Source: a virus
Lineage: Duplodnaviria; Caudoviricetes
IMG/VR virus record: IMGVR_UViG_3300032232_000305
Location: 1 to 41,128 of that record
Reading direction: 5' to 3' (one strand)
Length of the DNA: 41,128 bases
Below the pieces are notes generated by a model, which did not search any database, was not told the DNA's origin, and was given only the letters and a program-made list of their open reading frames with translations. The first letter of the stretch is position 1; every line of letters starts with the position of its first letter. The translations under genes were made by a program, and so were the position numbers. Below, in pieces: positions 27,867 through 35,458 of this stretch.

Positions 27867-28222
27867 GATATTCCTAAGTGGGTTAATACGTTTCTTGCGG
27901 CATTCACCTTCCAAGGTCGGAGGGTAGGTGTTCGGGCTATTTTAATCCACTCTACGATCTGTCGTATATGGGCCTGTTCAAACGTATTTTGTCGGTCATC
28001 ATGGGATGCACTGCCCTGGTCTAGCCACCTGTGGCAAGCTGCACACCCCCACACTGTATGGCAGTCGGAGGCTTTTTGGCCCATTCCCTTGCCATCAGCG
28101 CCTGAGTTACTGTGACACGCCACAATTGTTTCAGACCCCCCCTGGCAAAAATTTTCGACCTGTAAAAGACACTCTTCCCCTTGTGCCAGTTTTAGCAGTG
28201 ATTTATCCCGATAAATATTCAT
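27854..28222 (-). CDS. DUF1364/YbcO-like Zn-binding putative nuclease
   Basis: C.LQ...C...ETIVACH...GKGMGQKASD...WGCAACH..LD pattern. Confidence 0.8.
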   Translation of the reverse strand: MNIYRDKSLLKLAQGEECLLQVENFCQGGSETIVACHSNSGADGKGMGQKASDCHTVWGCAACHRWLDQGSASHDDRQNTFEQAHIRQIVEWIKIARTPTLRPWKVNAARNVLTHLGISWTL

Positions 28223-28374
28223 GGTGCTTTTGTATAACTTTGAAATGCTGGTTTTGGTGGTGGATTTCCATTACAGGCATGGCGGTTAGCCTCTTGCAAT
28301 GATTTCCAAGCCCAGTTGCAGTTGGAACAAACGTAATAAGGTGGCTCTGAAGGTGGCTTTACTTGTTTAAGCAT
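28219..28374 (-). CDS. 51-aa Zn-finger-like protein (missing from the ORF track)
   Basis: MLKQVKPPSEPPYYVCSNCNWAWKSLQEANRHAC...; CxxC-x12-HxC; TAATG and ATGA overlaps with its neighbours. Confidence 0.65.
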   Translation of the reverse strand: MLKQVKPPSEPPYYVCSNCNWAWKSLQEANRHACNGNPPPKPAFQSYTKAP

Positions 28375-28622
28375 TATTCTTCCAATTCATAGTTTTCGCG
28401 GTAGAACTGAACTAAGTTATTGTCAGTATCACCATTTTTTCTTAGTCGATCTTGTACTTCTTGAATGACTAACTTAGGGTTGGGAACTGTCTGTGCAATA
28501 ACATGGACAAGCATACAAACCCGTGCAAACTCTTTGTCATATTGAGCTTCCACCACTTTAACTTCGTTATCAATTTCCTGAATTAATGCTTGATAAGCTC
28601 TTATTTCAATAGAATGTTTCAT
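28374..28622 (-). CDS. Hypothetical protein
   Basis: Start moved to ATG 28622 (TAATG overlap, GAGGA RBS). Confidence 0.6.
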   Translation of the reverse strand: MKHSIEIRAYQALIQEIDNEVKVVEAQYDKEFARVCMLVHVIAQTVPNPKLVIQEVQDRLRKNGDTDNNLVQFYRENYELEE

Positions 28623-28942
28623 TAAATCCTCATTTCTGTTCGCTTGGTGTATTCCTGAGTTTTCCAAACTTCTACCTTCATCTTGGCTGCTTCAAGGAGG
28701 TACTTCATTTTTTCTTCTGTTTCTACAGCTATCTTCATGGCCTCCAATTGCTGGAGGTAGTCAGGGTGGGAGTAAGCATACGTTTCTTTTGCACCAAGGC
28801 TGCTGGAGTCACTCTTGTTCATCAATGATGCCTTCAAGTACTTCAAATAGCCTTCAATGTGGATCCTGTTGCTCTTGGCTTCTGCGTACATTCCTGCGTT
28901 TTTTTGGATGTACTCAATTGCGCGTGTTGGGTCTATGTCCAT
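28622..28942 (-). CDS. Helical protein, possibly a UvsY-like recombination mediator
   Basis: 106 aa coiled helices with AKETYAYSHPDY; the resemblance is from memory only. Confidence 0.4.
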   Translation of the reverse strand: MDIDPTRAIEYIQKNAGMYAEAKSNRIHIEGYLKYLKASLMNKSDSSSLGAKETYAYSHPDYLQQLEAMKIAVETEEKMKYLLEAAKMKVEVWKTQEYTKRTEMRI

Positions 28943-28949
28943 ACTATTC

Positions 28950-29165
28950 CTATAGGTGTTTGTCTATCAGTGCTTGTACACCGGCTTGGATGTCTCCATT
29001 GCCCATTTCAAGCAGGGATAAACGTTGGATGTTGTTCAAGCGCAGGTCAACCACTGGAGCTTTCTCCCTTGGCCTTCCTGCTCCTGGTCTAGCTCCACCC
29101 CATTGCTTTCTGGGGCCAACCAACTCATTGCGGAGCTTTTGCTTTAACCAACTTGGTTTGCCCAC
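28950..29165 (-). CDS. Small DNA-binding protein (GGARPGAGRP plus ribbon-helix-helix-like segment)
   Basis: WGGARPGAGRP followed by a VDLRL strand and two short helices; start uncertain. Confidence 0.55.
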   Translation of the reverse strand: MGKPSWLKQKLRNELVGPRKQWGGARPGAGRPREKAPVVDLRLNNIQRLSLLEMGNGDIQAGVQALIDKHL

Positions 29166-29316
29166 GTTTGGTCATCTCCAATGCTTTGTTTGCTAGGATG
29201 GTTGCATCTTCACCGGCTACAACTTTCTTTGCTACATCTACAAGGGTTTTGTACGTTTCTCGTTGATGAATGCGGTACATACGTTGGTATTCAATACTAT
29301 CTAAATCTCTAATCAT
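29125..29316 (-). CDS. Hypothetical protein
   Basis: 63 aa, ATGA-coupled to the upstream ORF. Confidence 0.55.
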   Translation of the reverse strand: MIRDLDSIEYQRMYRIHQRETYKTLVDVAKKVVAGEDATILANKALEMTKRGQTKLVKAKAPQ

Positions 29317-29552
29317 GGCTGGCTTTCTTCTATGTTGTCAATGTAAGGATCAATCCCGTCCCAAAACAAACGTTCATTGACCTCTCCTTCAAAAAAGTCT
29401 ATGGTTTCTTTATGCAAGATGTCCATAAACTCTACCCCTTTGTGCTTAACAGATGTGACGTAAGCATAAGTGGATTCTTTAGAGTCAACCCAATCGATCT
29501 CGTATTCGATTTGAAAGGTTGCACCCTCATAAACGTATTCAATGGTGTTCAT
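29313..29552 (-). CDS. Acidic hypothetical protein
   Basis: 79 aa, GAGG RBS, ATGA overlap. Confidence 0.6.
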   Translation of the reverse strand: MNTIEYVYEGATFQIEYEIDWVDSKESTYAYVTSVKHKGVEFMDILHKETIDFFEGEVNERLFWDGIDPYIDNIEESQP

Positions 29553-29746
29553 GCTGTCACCTCTTTGTTTAATACGGCTTGCAAACCAGCAATAAATTGC
29601 TCTGCTTCAGCACGGGTCAAGGATGAAGACATGGAACTATGAGTTGTGCTGATGCGAATCCATGCACTGCCGTCACCATCCCATTCGCTGATATGAATCC
29701 TTACGTTGTCCTGAGTGTGAAAAGTTGTTTCGATTTCTGTGGTCAT
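29549..29746 (-). CDS. Hypothetical protein, first gene of the leftward early operon
   Basis: ATG 29746 preceded by GGAG. Confidence 0.6.
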   Translation of the reverse strand: MTTEIETTFHTQDNVRIHISEWDGDGSAWIRISTTHSSMSSSLTRAEAEQFIAGLQAVLNKEVTA

Positions 29747-29759
29747 TAAAGGCTCCAAG

Positions 29760-29876
29760 TTAGGCCAGCAAATCGCTGACGAACAGGATCTTACTACGTT
29801 TTTTACGTTTTTTCAGACTATTTTCTAGGTAAAAACCCTAATATACAACGTTGAAAAACCGTGTTAACGTCCAGAA
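29760..29876. promoter_or_regulatory. Divergent promoter region
   Basis: Strand switch; TAGGTAAAAACCCTA at 29826-29840; tandem ACGTTTTTT; minus-strand TAAGAT plus hairpin; plus-strand TGnTAACGT. Confidence 0.65.
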
Positions 29877-30053
29877 ATGAACTTAGAACACCTTGAAACA
29901 GAACACGCCGAACAGCTAGTCTCGGAGGCCATAGACCGTGCTAGTAGCTACTCCCAGGAGCATGACCTAGACGCTGCTGTGATTGGGCTGCTGGTCAGGG
30001 CGCTTGAAGTTGCTACCCACAAGATCATCAACGTTAACCAGGTATACCAATGA
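29877..30053 (+). CDS. 58-aa hypothetical protein (missing from the ORF track)
   Basis: MNLEHLETEHAEQLVSEAIDRASS...QVYQ; ends in an ATGA overlap with the next gene. Confidence 0.6.
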   Translation: MNLEHLETEHAEQLVSEAIDRASSYSQEHDLDAAVIGLLVRALEVATHKIINVNQVYQ

Positions 30054-30241
30054 CATATCTCACCCTTGAAGAGTCCCAATGCTTAGGAAAGCACCAGTTT
30101 CCAACGCACAACATTGCCAAAGGCAGCATTAGGAAGCATTCATCCGATGCCCTAGAGGTCTTTAAATGCCCTCACTGTGGTTTTTACCATGTAGGCCATG
30201 CAATCCCGAAGAAACGAGACTTGAAAAGAGCAGAGAAATAA
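30050..30241 (+). CDS. Small Zn-binding protein
   Basis: CLGKH...FKCPHCGFYHVGH. Confidence 0.65.
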   Translation: MTYLTLEESQCLGKHQFPTHNIAKGSIRKHSSDALEVFKCPHCGFYHVGHAIPKKRDLKRAEK

Positions 30242-30251
30242 GGTAAAGTTT

Positions 30252-30312
30252 GGGGCAATGGCTAGGCTTAGCGGCTGAAAAGGTGATTCGTTACCACCCT
30301 GCCAATTGTTCC
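30252..30312 (+). ncRNA. C4-like antisense RNA candidate
   Basis: Closing stem GGGGCAATGGC/GCCAATTGTTCC, inner AGG/CCT and two hairpins around GAAAAG; CGTTAC is complementary to downstream GTAACG and TAACG. Confidence 0.55.
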
Positions 30313-30346
30313 TCTGTAACGGCTGACCGATAACGTAAGGTTCAAA

Positions 30347-30982
30347 ATGCACTACTACCAGTTCAATATTGGGGACTATCAGTCCCATACATCTCACCTT
30401 TCAGAGACAGAAGATTTGGCTTACCGCCGAATGCTTGATTGGTGCTATCTCCACGAAAAACCGTTACCAGTAGACCCTGAAGAAATTTCAAGGTTGGTTC
30501 GTATGCGAACGCATAGCGAAAGCATTGCCATCGTATTGCAAGAGTTTTTTGTCAATCAAAACGAAGGTTGGTTTTCCGAGAGAGTTAACAAGGAAATTCA
30601 GCATTACAGAGACAAAATTGAGAAGGCTTCTAAGGCCGGTAAAGCGTCTGCTCAACAGAGGTTCAACGGACGTTCAACAGACGTTCAACCAACCAATAAC
30701 CATAAACCAATAACCAATAACCAAGAACCAGTAAAGAAAGAAAAGATAGATGCACCGGCTGGTGTAACGCCTGAAACCTGGGCAGCCTTTGTACAACAAA
30801 GAAAAACGAAGAAAGCACAGATCACCCAACTGGTGCTAGACAGCATTGCTAAACAAGCATCACTTGCAAGTTGGAGTCTTGAAGATGCGTTGAAGGAAAT
30901 CATTGTTCGCAACTGGACATCTTTTAACGCTGAGTGGGTCAAAGGTAAACCAAAAAACGATTTTATGAAAGGTTTGATATGA
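30347..30982 (+). CDS. Replication initiator, DUF1376/YdaU family
   Basis: MHYYQFNIGDY...HLS..E..AYRR.LD..Y..E.PLP N-terminus; internal iterons; upstream of the helicase. Confidence 0.85.
   Translation: MHYYQFNIGDYQSHTSHLSETEDLAYRRMLDWCYLHEKPLPVDPEEISRLVRMRTHSESIAIVLQEFFVNQNEGWFSERVNKEIQHYRDKIEKASKAGKASAQQRFNGRSTDVQPTNNHKPITNNQEPVKKEKIDAPAGVTPETWAAFVQQRKTKKAQITQLVLDSIAKQASLASWSLEDALKEIIVRNWTSFNAEWVKGKPKNDFMKGLI
30652..30730 (+). repeat. Putative replication origin iterons inside the initiator gene
   Basis: 11-bp unit TCAACRGASGT about 3.5 times (30652-30689), then A/C-rich 7-bp AACCAAT-like repeats. Confidence 0.7.
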
Positions 30983-31308
30983 GAGGCCATGAACACATCA
31001 TTGAGTTACGGAAAAAACGTTTGCTTCCGGAAAGCATCTTTATCCAAGACTACCCAACCCCGATGACGGACTGGTTTGAACACGGAGATTACCCCCATGT
31101 TTGTGTACACGAAGACACGATAGAAACCCTTGATTTGCGGTTTTTAGTGGGAACAGTAGTCCACATATCAACGGAGTCTGAAAGTCGCGGAAAAGCCCTT
31201 TTAAGCGCCTGTGTAAGGCATGGGGCTAGGACGGTCATTGCTTGCCAAACAGTAAAGGTAGCTCCGGAGAAACAAGAAGTCTTTTGGATGGAGGTTTTTA
31301 ATGGCTAA
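30979..31308 (+). CDS. Hypothetical protein between initiator and helicase
   Basis: 109 aa, ATGA-coupled. Confidence 0.65.
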   Translation: MRGHEHIIELRKKRLLPESIFIQDYPTPMTDWFEHGDYPHVCVHEDTIETLDLRFLVGTVVHISTESESRGKALLSACVRHGARTVIACQTVKVAPEKQEVFWMEVFNG

Positions 31309-32257
31309 TTACTTGGACGACAGTATTGATTTCACCCAATATCTGAAGGAAACAGACAACCAAACTAACGTAAAAAGTGCTGCACTTTACATTCCTGCCA
31401 TCAAAAAGCAGATGCGAGACTCCAGCAAAGAACGTAAAGTTTGGATGCCTTGGGAGAAAGCAAACGACAGCTTCTACTTCCGACCAGGAGAGGTGACAGT
31501 ATGGGCAGGGATGAACGGACATGGCAAGTCCCAAGTCACTGCACAGATAGCAATGCACCTGTTGAAACAAGGAGAGAAGGTTTGTTTGGCAAGCTTTGAG
31601 ATGAAGCCTGCTCAGACCATACGCCTCATGTCTCGTATGTACATAGGAACCAACCCCTTTACCCCTGAGTACCAGAACGACGAAGGATACGAAGTTCTAG
31701 ACCTATTGTTGGACAAGTTTGCTGCTTGGTCAAAGAACCTGTGGATTTACGATCAGACCGGTACAACAAACGTTGAAACCGTAATTGGCATGACTAGGTA
31801 CTGTGCCAAAGAGTTGAAGGTAAGCCACATCTTTATTGACTCGTTGATGAAGGTTGTCGGTTCGGAAGAGGATATGACCGGACAAAAGATGCTGGTAGCG
31901 GAACTGTTCTCAATTGCGAAAGACAACAACGTACACATCCATTTGATCCACCATGTCCGTAAACCAGCAAACGAAAACGTAATTCCTGACAAGTATGACT
32001 TGAAGGGAAGTGGCTCGATCTCCGACCAAGTAGACAACGTTTTTACAGTCTTCAGAAACAAGGCCAAAGAAGACGATGTGCGAAACAACGGAAAATTTGG
32101 GACTAAGGCTGCGGAGTTTGACTCTATCTTGAAGTGCTGCAAACAACGTCACTACGAAGGCAGTGGTGATGGTGAACCGGCTATCTCACTATGGCTGCAC
32201 AGGGACTCAGGGCAGTTCATTGGACAACCACTAGACCCTGTGTTTGTTTATGAGTGA
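31301..32257 (+). CDS. SF4 (DnaB/T7 gp4-like) replicative helicase, no primase domain
   Basis: Walker A GMNGHGKS, SFEM, Walker B IFIDSL, HHVRK and DLKGSGSISDQVDNV. Confidence 0.9.
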   Translation: MANYLDDSIDFTQYLKETDNQTNVKSAALYIPAIKKQMRDSSKERKVWMPWEKANDSFYFRPGEVTVWAGMNGHGKSQVTAQIAMHLLKQGEKVCLASFEMKPAQTIRLMSRMYIGTNPFTPEYQNDEGYEVLDLLLDKFAAWSKNLWIYDQTGTTNVETVIGMTRYCAKELKVSHIFIDSLMKVVGSEEDMTGQKMLVAELFSIAKDNNVHIHLIHHVRKPANENVIPDKYDLKGSGSISDQVDNVFTVFRNKAKEDDVRNNGKFGTKAAEFDSILKCCKQRHYEGSGDGEPAISLWLHRDSGQFIGQPLDPVFVYE

Positions 32258-32459
32258 CAGAGAAATCTTAGAGAAGGCAGAGGCCAGGGTGCTTGTACCG
32301 TCTTACTACGCTACTGTGAAAAAGGTAGGAAAAAAAGAAGGAGCACTTTGGCTGATGAAAAGGATCAGGGACATAGAACGCCACTACGGGATGGGATTTG
32401 AACGAAGAGTCAGAACCTATATGCGTGAAGTGGATGATGAGGAATTGCTCAATGATTGA
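32250..32459 (+). CDS. Hypothetical protein
   Basis: 69 aa overlapping both neighbours. Confidence 0.6.
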   Translation: MSDREILEKAEARVLVPSYYATVKKVGKKEGALWLMKRIRDIERHYGMGFERRVRTYMREVDDEELLND

Positions 32460-32871
32460 ATTTAAAGTACCAGGGGAACCCAAGGGTAAGGGTAGACCAA
32501 GGTTTTCCCGTGTTGGAAACTTTACCAAGACCTACACGGATGCCAAAACCAAGATGTACGAGGAAAAAATAGCCTCTGCTGCTCGACTACAGATGTATCC
32601 CCATGAACCGCTAGAAACGCCTCTACTCGTAAAGCTAGACATCCATGTAGGTGTACCAGTGTCTTACTCCAAAAAACGTAGGTCTGCTTGCTTGACAGGC
32701 GAGGAATGGCCTACAAAGAAGCCCGACATAGACAATGTTGCTAAAGCCTTTTTGGATGCAATGAACGGGATTGTATACAGGGATGATGTCCAGGTAATCC
32801 GTCTCTATGTCTCCAAGACGTACAGCATAGATCCCCATGTGCATATCACAATTCACGAGGTTTTGCTATAG
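32452..32871 (+). CDS. rusA: RusA-family Holliday junction resolvase
   Basis: VPGEPKGKGRPR start and KPDIDNVAKAFLDAMNGIVYRDDVQV; start moved to ATG 32452 after GAGGA. Confidence 0.9.
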   Translation: MIEFKVPGEPKGKGRPRFSRVGNFTKTYTDAKTKMYEEKIASAARLQMYPHEPLETPLLVKLDIHVGVPVSYSKKRRSACLTGEEWPTKKPDIDNVAKAFLDAMNGIVYRDDVQVIRLYVSKTYSIDPHVHITIHEVLL

Positions 32872-32976
32872 GTATAAACACTTACAAAATAAACGCAAAA
32901 AGTGATGGAAGTTCGTATAACATCGAGCTTCCTCACAACGAGGAACTCAGGCTTAATTATCAATTTGGAGTTTAAT

Positions 32977-33198
32977 ATGAAGTCACTGTTTGAACAGTAT
33001 CGGGAAGAATTTCAGGGCATCGAATACTGCTGCTACTGCATGGAACCCAAAAATGGCAAGCACTCTTGCTGTCAAGAAAACCACTTTATCCCTTTTGAAG
33101 ACTTTGATGATGTAGATCAATTGCACATCATTGATGGGGAAATCGCACTTGCTGTTTGGCAAGCTGAAAAACAATTGGAGATTGCAAATGGACGTTAA
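32977..33198 (+). CDS. Small Cys-rich protein
   Basis: YCCYC...SCCQENHF; GGAG RBS before ATG 32977. Confidence 0.65.
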   Translation: MKSLFEQYREEFQGIEYCCYCMEPKNGKHSCCQENHFIPFEDFDDVDQLHIIDGEIALAVWQAEKQLEIANGR

Positions 33199-33763
33199 TA
33201 CACTACTCAAGCTCAACGTAAACGAGCATACAGAGAAAAAAGGCAACTTAACTTACCTGTCTTGGGCATGGGCATGGGCAGAGGCTCTCAAGGCCGATCC
33301 AATGGCTCACTTTCAAGTACAGATGTTCGATGACAAATGCTGGATCGACATCAACGGCACTTACATGGTCTGGGTGACAGTAACCTTATTTAACAAGCCT
33401 ATAACCTGTCAATTGCCGGTCATGGATCATCGCAACAAGGCTATCCAGCACCCTGATGCTTTCGCAGTAAATACAGCCATCATGCGTTGTATGACCAAAG
33501 CATTGTCTTTGCATGGTCTTGGCCTGTACATCTATGCCGGTGAAGACTTACCTCAGATGGATACAGGATTGATTGACAAAATTGTAGAAGCAATTAAAGG
33601 GTTACACGCCAAAGGTGACTTGGCTGGAATGTATGGGGAATGGGAATCCATTGCCGACAACGAAGTTCGTCTTGCAGTGTGGGAAGCACTAAAGATTGAC
33701 AGTAAAGTGCGCTCTGCTATCAAAGCGTTCAAATCTAAACTTGATGAGGTAAATAATGGCTGA
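33188..33763 (+). CDS. Sak/Rad52-like single-strand annealing protein (DUF1071)
   Basis: LTYLSWAWAW, LPVMD.RNK and RCMTKAL..HGLGLYIYAGEDLP. Confidence 0.85.
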   Translation: MDVNTLLKLNVNEHTEKKGNLTYLSWAWAWAEALKADPMAHFQVQMFDDKCWIDINGTYMVWVTVTLFNKPITCQLPVMDHRNKAIQHPDAFAVNTAIMRCMTKALSLHGLGLYIYAGEDLPQMDTGLIDKIVEAIKGLHAKGDLAGMYGEWESIADNEVRLAVWEALKIDSKVRSAIKAFKSKLDEVNNG

Positions 33764-34010
33764 ATATTCAAATGAAAATCGCGGGACACTCTTTAAAAAT
33801 AATAAAAAAGAAGAAGACAAGCACCCTGACTACAACGGATCTATTAACGTAGAGGGTACTGAGTACTGGCTAAACGCTTGGGTAAAAGAATCCAAGAAAG
33901 ACGGTACAAAGTTCTTTAGCCTTTCTATCAAAGAAAAGCAAGATTCCCCCCGTCAAAGTTCTGCACCAACCCGTAAAACCAAACTAGAAGACTCTGATCT
34001 TCCATTCTGA
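33756..34010 (+). CDS. Single-stranded DNA-binding protein (small phage type)
   Basis: GTLFKN...PDYNGSINVEG.EYWLNAW, acidic EDSDLPF tail; next to the annealing protein. Confidence 0.75.
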   Translation: MAEYSNENRGTLFKNNKKEEDKHPDYNGSINVEGTEYWLNAWVKESKKDGTKFFSLSIKEKQDSPRQSSAPTRKTKLEDSDLPF

Positions 34011-34198
34011 TGAACACACTACTTAATCACAAAACAGGAGAAGTACTAACCGAGACACCTACTTGCTGGGTATCTACTACAGGTGAAGTTCTTCTCAAAA
34101 CAGGCAATGATTTGTTTCAACAAGAGACAAATAAGCGCAAACCTAACCCAGACTTTAAAGGAATTATTGAATATGATTACACTAGTATTTACGGTTGA
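34010..34198 (+). CDS. Hypothetical protein
   Basis: 62 aa, TGATG overlap; internal repeat TGEVL twice. Confidence 0.5.
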   Translation: MNTLLNHKTGEVLTETPTCWVSTTGEVLLKTGNDLFQQETNKRKPNPDFKGIIEYDYTSIYG

Positions 34199-34316
34199 AG
34201 AAGTTAACTCAATCCTGTCTGCTTTGTCTAAGTTCCCATACGAACAAGTCAAAGGACTGATTGAGAAAGTACAAGAGCAAGCAACACCTCAAGTGCTACC
34301 TCCTGTTGCTGAATAG
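34173..34316 (+). CDS. 47-aa hypothetical protein
   Basis: MITLVFTVEEVNSILSALSKFPYEQV...; AAGGA upstream. Confidence 0.6.
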   Translation: MITLVFTVEEVNSILSALSKFPYEQVKGLIEKVQEQATPQVLPPVAE

Positions 34317-34322
34317 TATTAA

Positions 34323-34383
34323 GGGGGAAAGCAGATGCTGCCACCATTGTGGGTTCATCCACGAGCAGTGAAGCGAGTACCCC
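34323..34383 (+). ncRNA. Structured RNA candidate with a loop-E (bulged-G) motif
   Basis: GGGG/CCCC stem, GAA opposite AGUA, GC/GC, purine-rich internal loop, GCUGC/GCAGU stem and an inner hairpin; intergenic. Confidence 0.55.
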
Positions 34384-34400
34384 GCCTTTAAGGAATAGAT

Positions 34401-34595
34401 ATGAAAAAGTTAATGGAATTGATGAAAGAGCCGTTCAAGAAACCAACACCGCTTGAATTGATAGCTCAACAGCTTGCAGATGCCCATATAGACCTTTTGC
34501 AAGCAGAACAAGGGGTTGACTACGCTAACAGCATTGTCTCGTACAACAAGACCGTTATAGCCCGTTTAAACCAACGCATGGAGGAATACAAATGA
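34401..34595 (+). CDS. Small-ORF array gene 1
   Basis: AAGGA RBS; ATGA overlap with the next gene. Confidence 0.7.
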   Translation: MKKLMELMKEPFKKPTPLELIAQQLADAHIDLLQAEQGVDYANSIVSYNKTVIARLNQRMEEYK

Positions 34596-34798
34596 AAGAC
34601 ACACGAGAAACCGCAAAAGACTACACCGATTGGCACATCAAAACAGGCGGCTTTGCAAGGGACATGACCCTGCGTGACCACTTTGCGGGGCTGGCTATTC
34701 CAGAAATTTACCAACGTGTGGAAGCAGGTGGCTTTGAACGTGTGGCAAAACTGTCTTATGAACTGGCAGACGCCATGCTCAAGGAGCGTGCCAAATGA
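34592..34798 (+). CDS. Small-ORF array gene (MTLRDHFA...ADAMLKER type)
   Basis: Motif common in accessory phage ORFs; coupled on both sides. Confidence 0.7.
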   Translation: MKDTRETAKDYTDWHIKTGGFARDMTLRDHFAGLAIPEIYQRVEAGGFERVAKLSYELADAMLKERAK

Positions 34799-35037
34799 GT
34801 GATTGGAACGATGAATTTGGTGGTGAATCTCTGATTGCTGAAGCCGCATGGGAACGACAAGAAGAAAGACGTAATTTCCGCACAGAGGTGTGGACAACAA
34901 AAGACGGGCGAGAGATTGCCATCAAGGACATGGAAGACAGCCACTTGTTTAACGCATACAAGCACAGCCAAGATAGATTGCTGTTTCGGGAAATGGTTCT
35001 GCGCTTATTCGAAGATAAATTAAGGAGCAACAAATGA
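34795..35037 (+). CDS. Small-ORF array gene
   Basis: WTTKDGREIAIKDMEDSHL.N motif; coupled. Confidence 0.7.
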   Translation: MSDWNDEFGGESLIAEAAWERQEERRNFRTEVWTTKDGREIAIKDMEDSHLFNAYKHSQDRLLFREMVLRLFEDKLRSNK

Positions 35038-35252
35038 ACTGCTGTAACGCAAACGGTGAATGCACCCAAGGCCGCGATTGTCCGGTGAGGAAACAACGCG
35101 CCGAGGAAACCAACAAGGCGTACATACAAGGCGGCTGGGACAGGGTTGCTGACCCCTATGATGACATTACAGAAACTTTTAAAGCACTGCTTGCAGTGAT
35201 AGCAATGACCACGGCGCTGACGTTGCTGGCTTTTTTTATATGGGGAAAATGA
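35034..35252 (+). CDS. Small-ORF array gene, Cys-rich N-terminus and C-terminal TM helix
   Basis: MNCCNANGECTQGRDCPVR...LLAVIAMTTALTLLAFFIWGK. Confidence 0.7.
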   Translation: MNCCNANGECTQGRDCPVRKQRAEETNKAYIQGGWDRVADPYDDITETFKALLAVIAMTTALTLLAFFIWGK

Positions 35253-35458
35253 TGAACATTATTGAATTAGCAAAGCAAGCGGGGTTAAATCATGGCACTT
35301 GTGAGTTTTATGGCGAAGAACTCAAAGCCGTTGAAGCCCTTGTCCGTGCTGATGAGCGTGAGGCTTGCGCTAAGGTGTGTGATGCGTTCCAAGCGCGTGA
35401 TGTTGGAATGCAACCAGCAGAGTGTGCTGGAGCAATCCGCGCAAGGGGAACAACATGA
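35249..35458 (+). CDS. Small-ORF array gene (LVRADEREACAKVC...AIRARG type)
   Basis: ATGA-coupled; paralogous to the next ORF. Confidence 0.7.
   Translation: MMNIIELAKQAGLNHGTCEFYGEELKAVEALVRADEREACAKVCDAFQARDVGMQPAECAGAIRARGTT

Noticed and set aside
30252-30312. Cloverleaf-like fold considered as a tRNA
   Set aside because: Too short, with no T-loop GTTCRA in the correct position, no D-loop consensus and no CCA end; better fits a C4-like RNA.
34323-34383. Considered as a hammerhead, twister or HDV-like ribozyme, or an intrinsic terminator
   Set aside because: It lacks the CUGANGA/GAAA core arrangement and the pseudoknot pairings I could check by eye, and has no U-tract after the stem.
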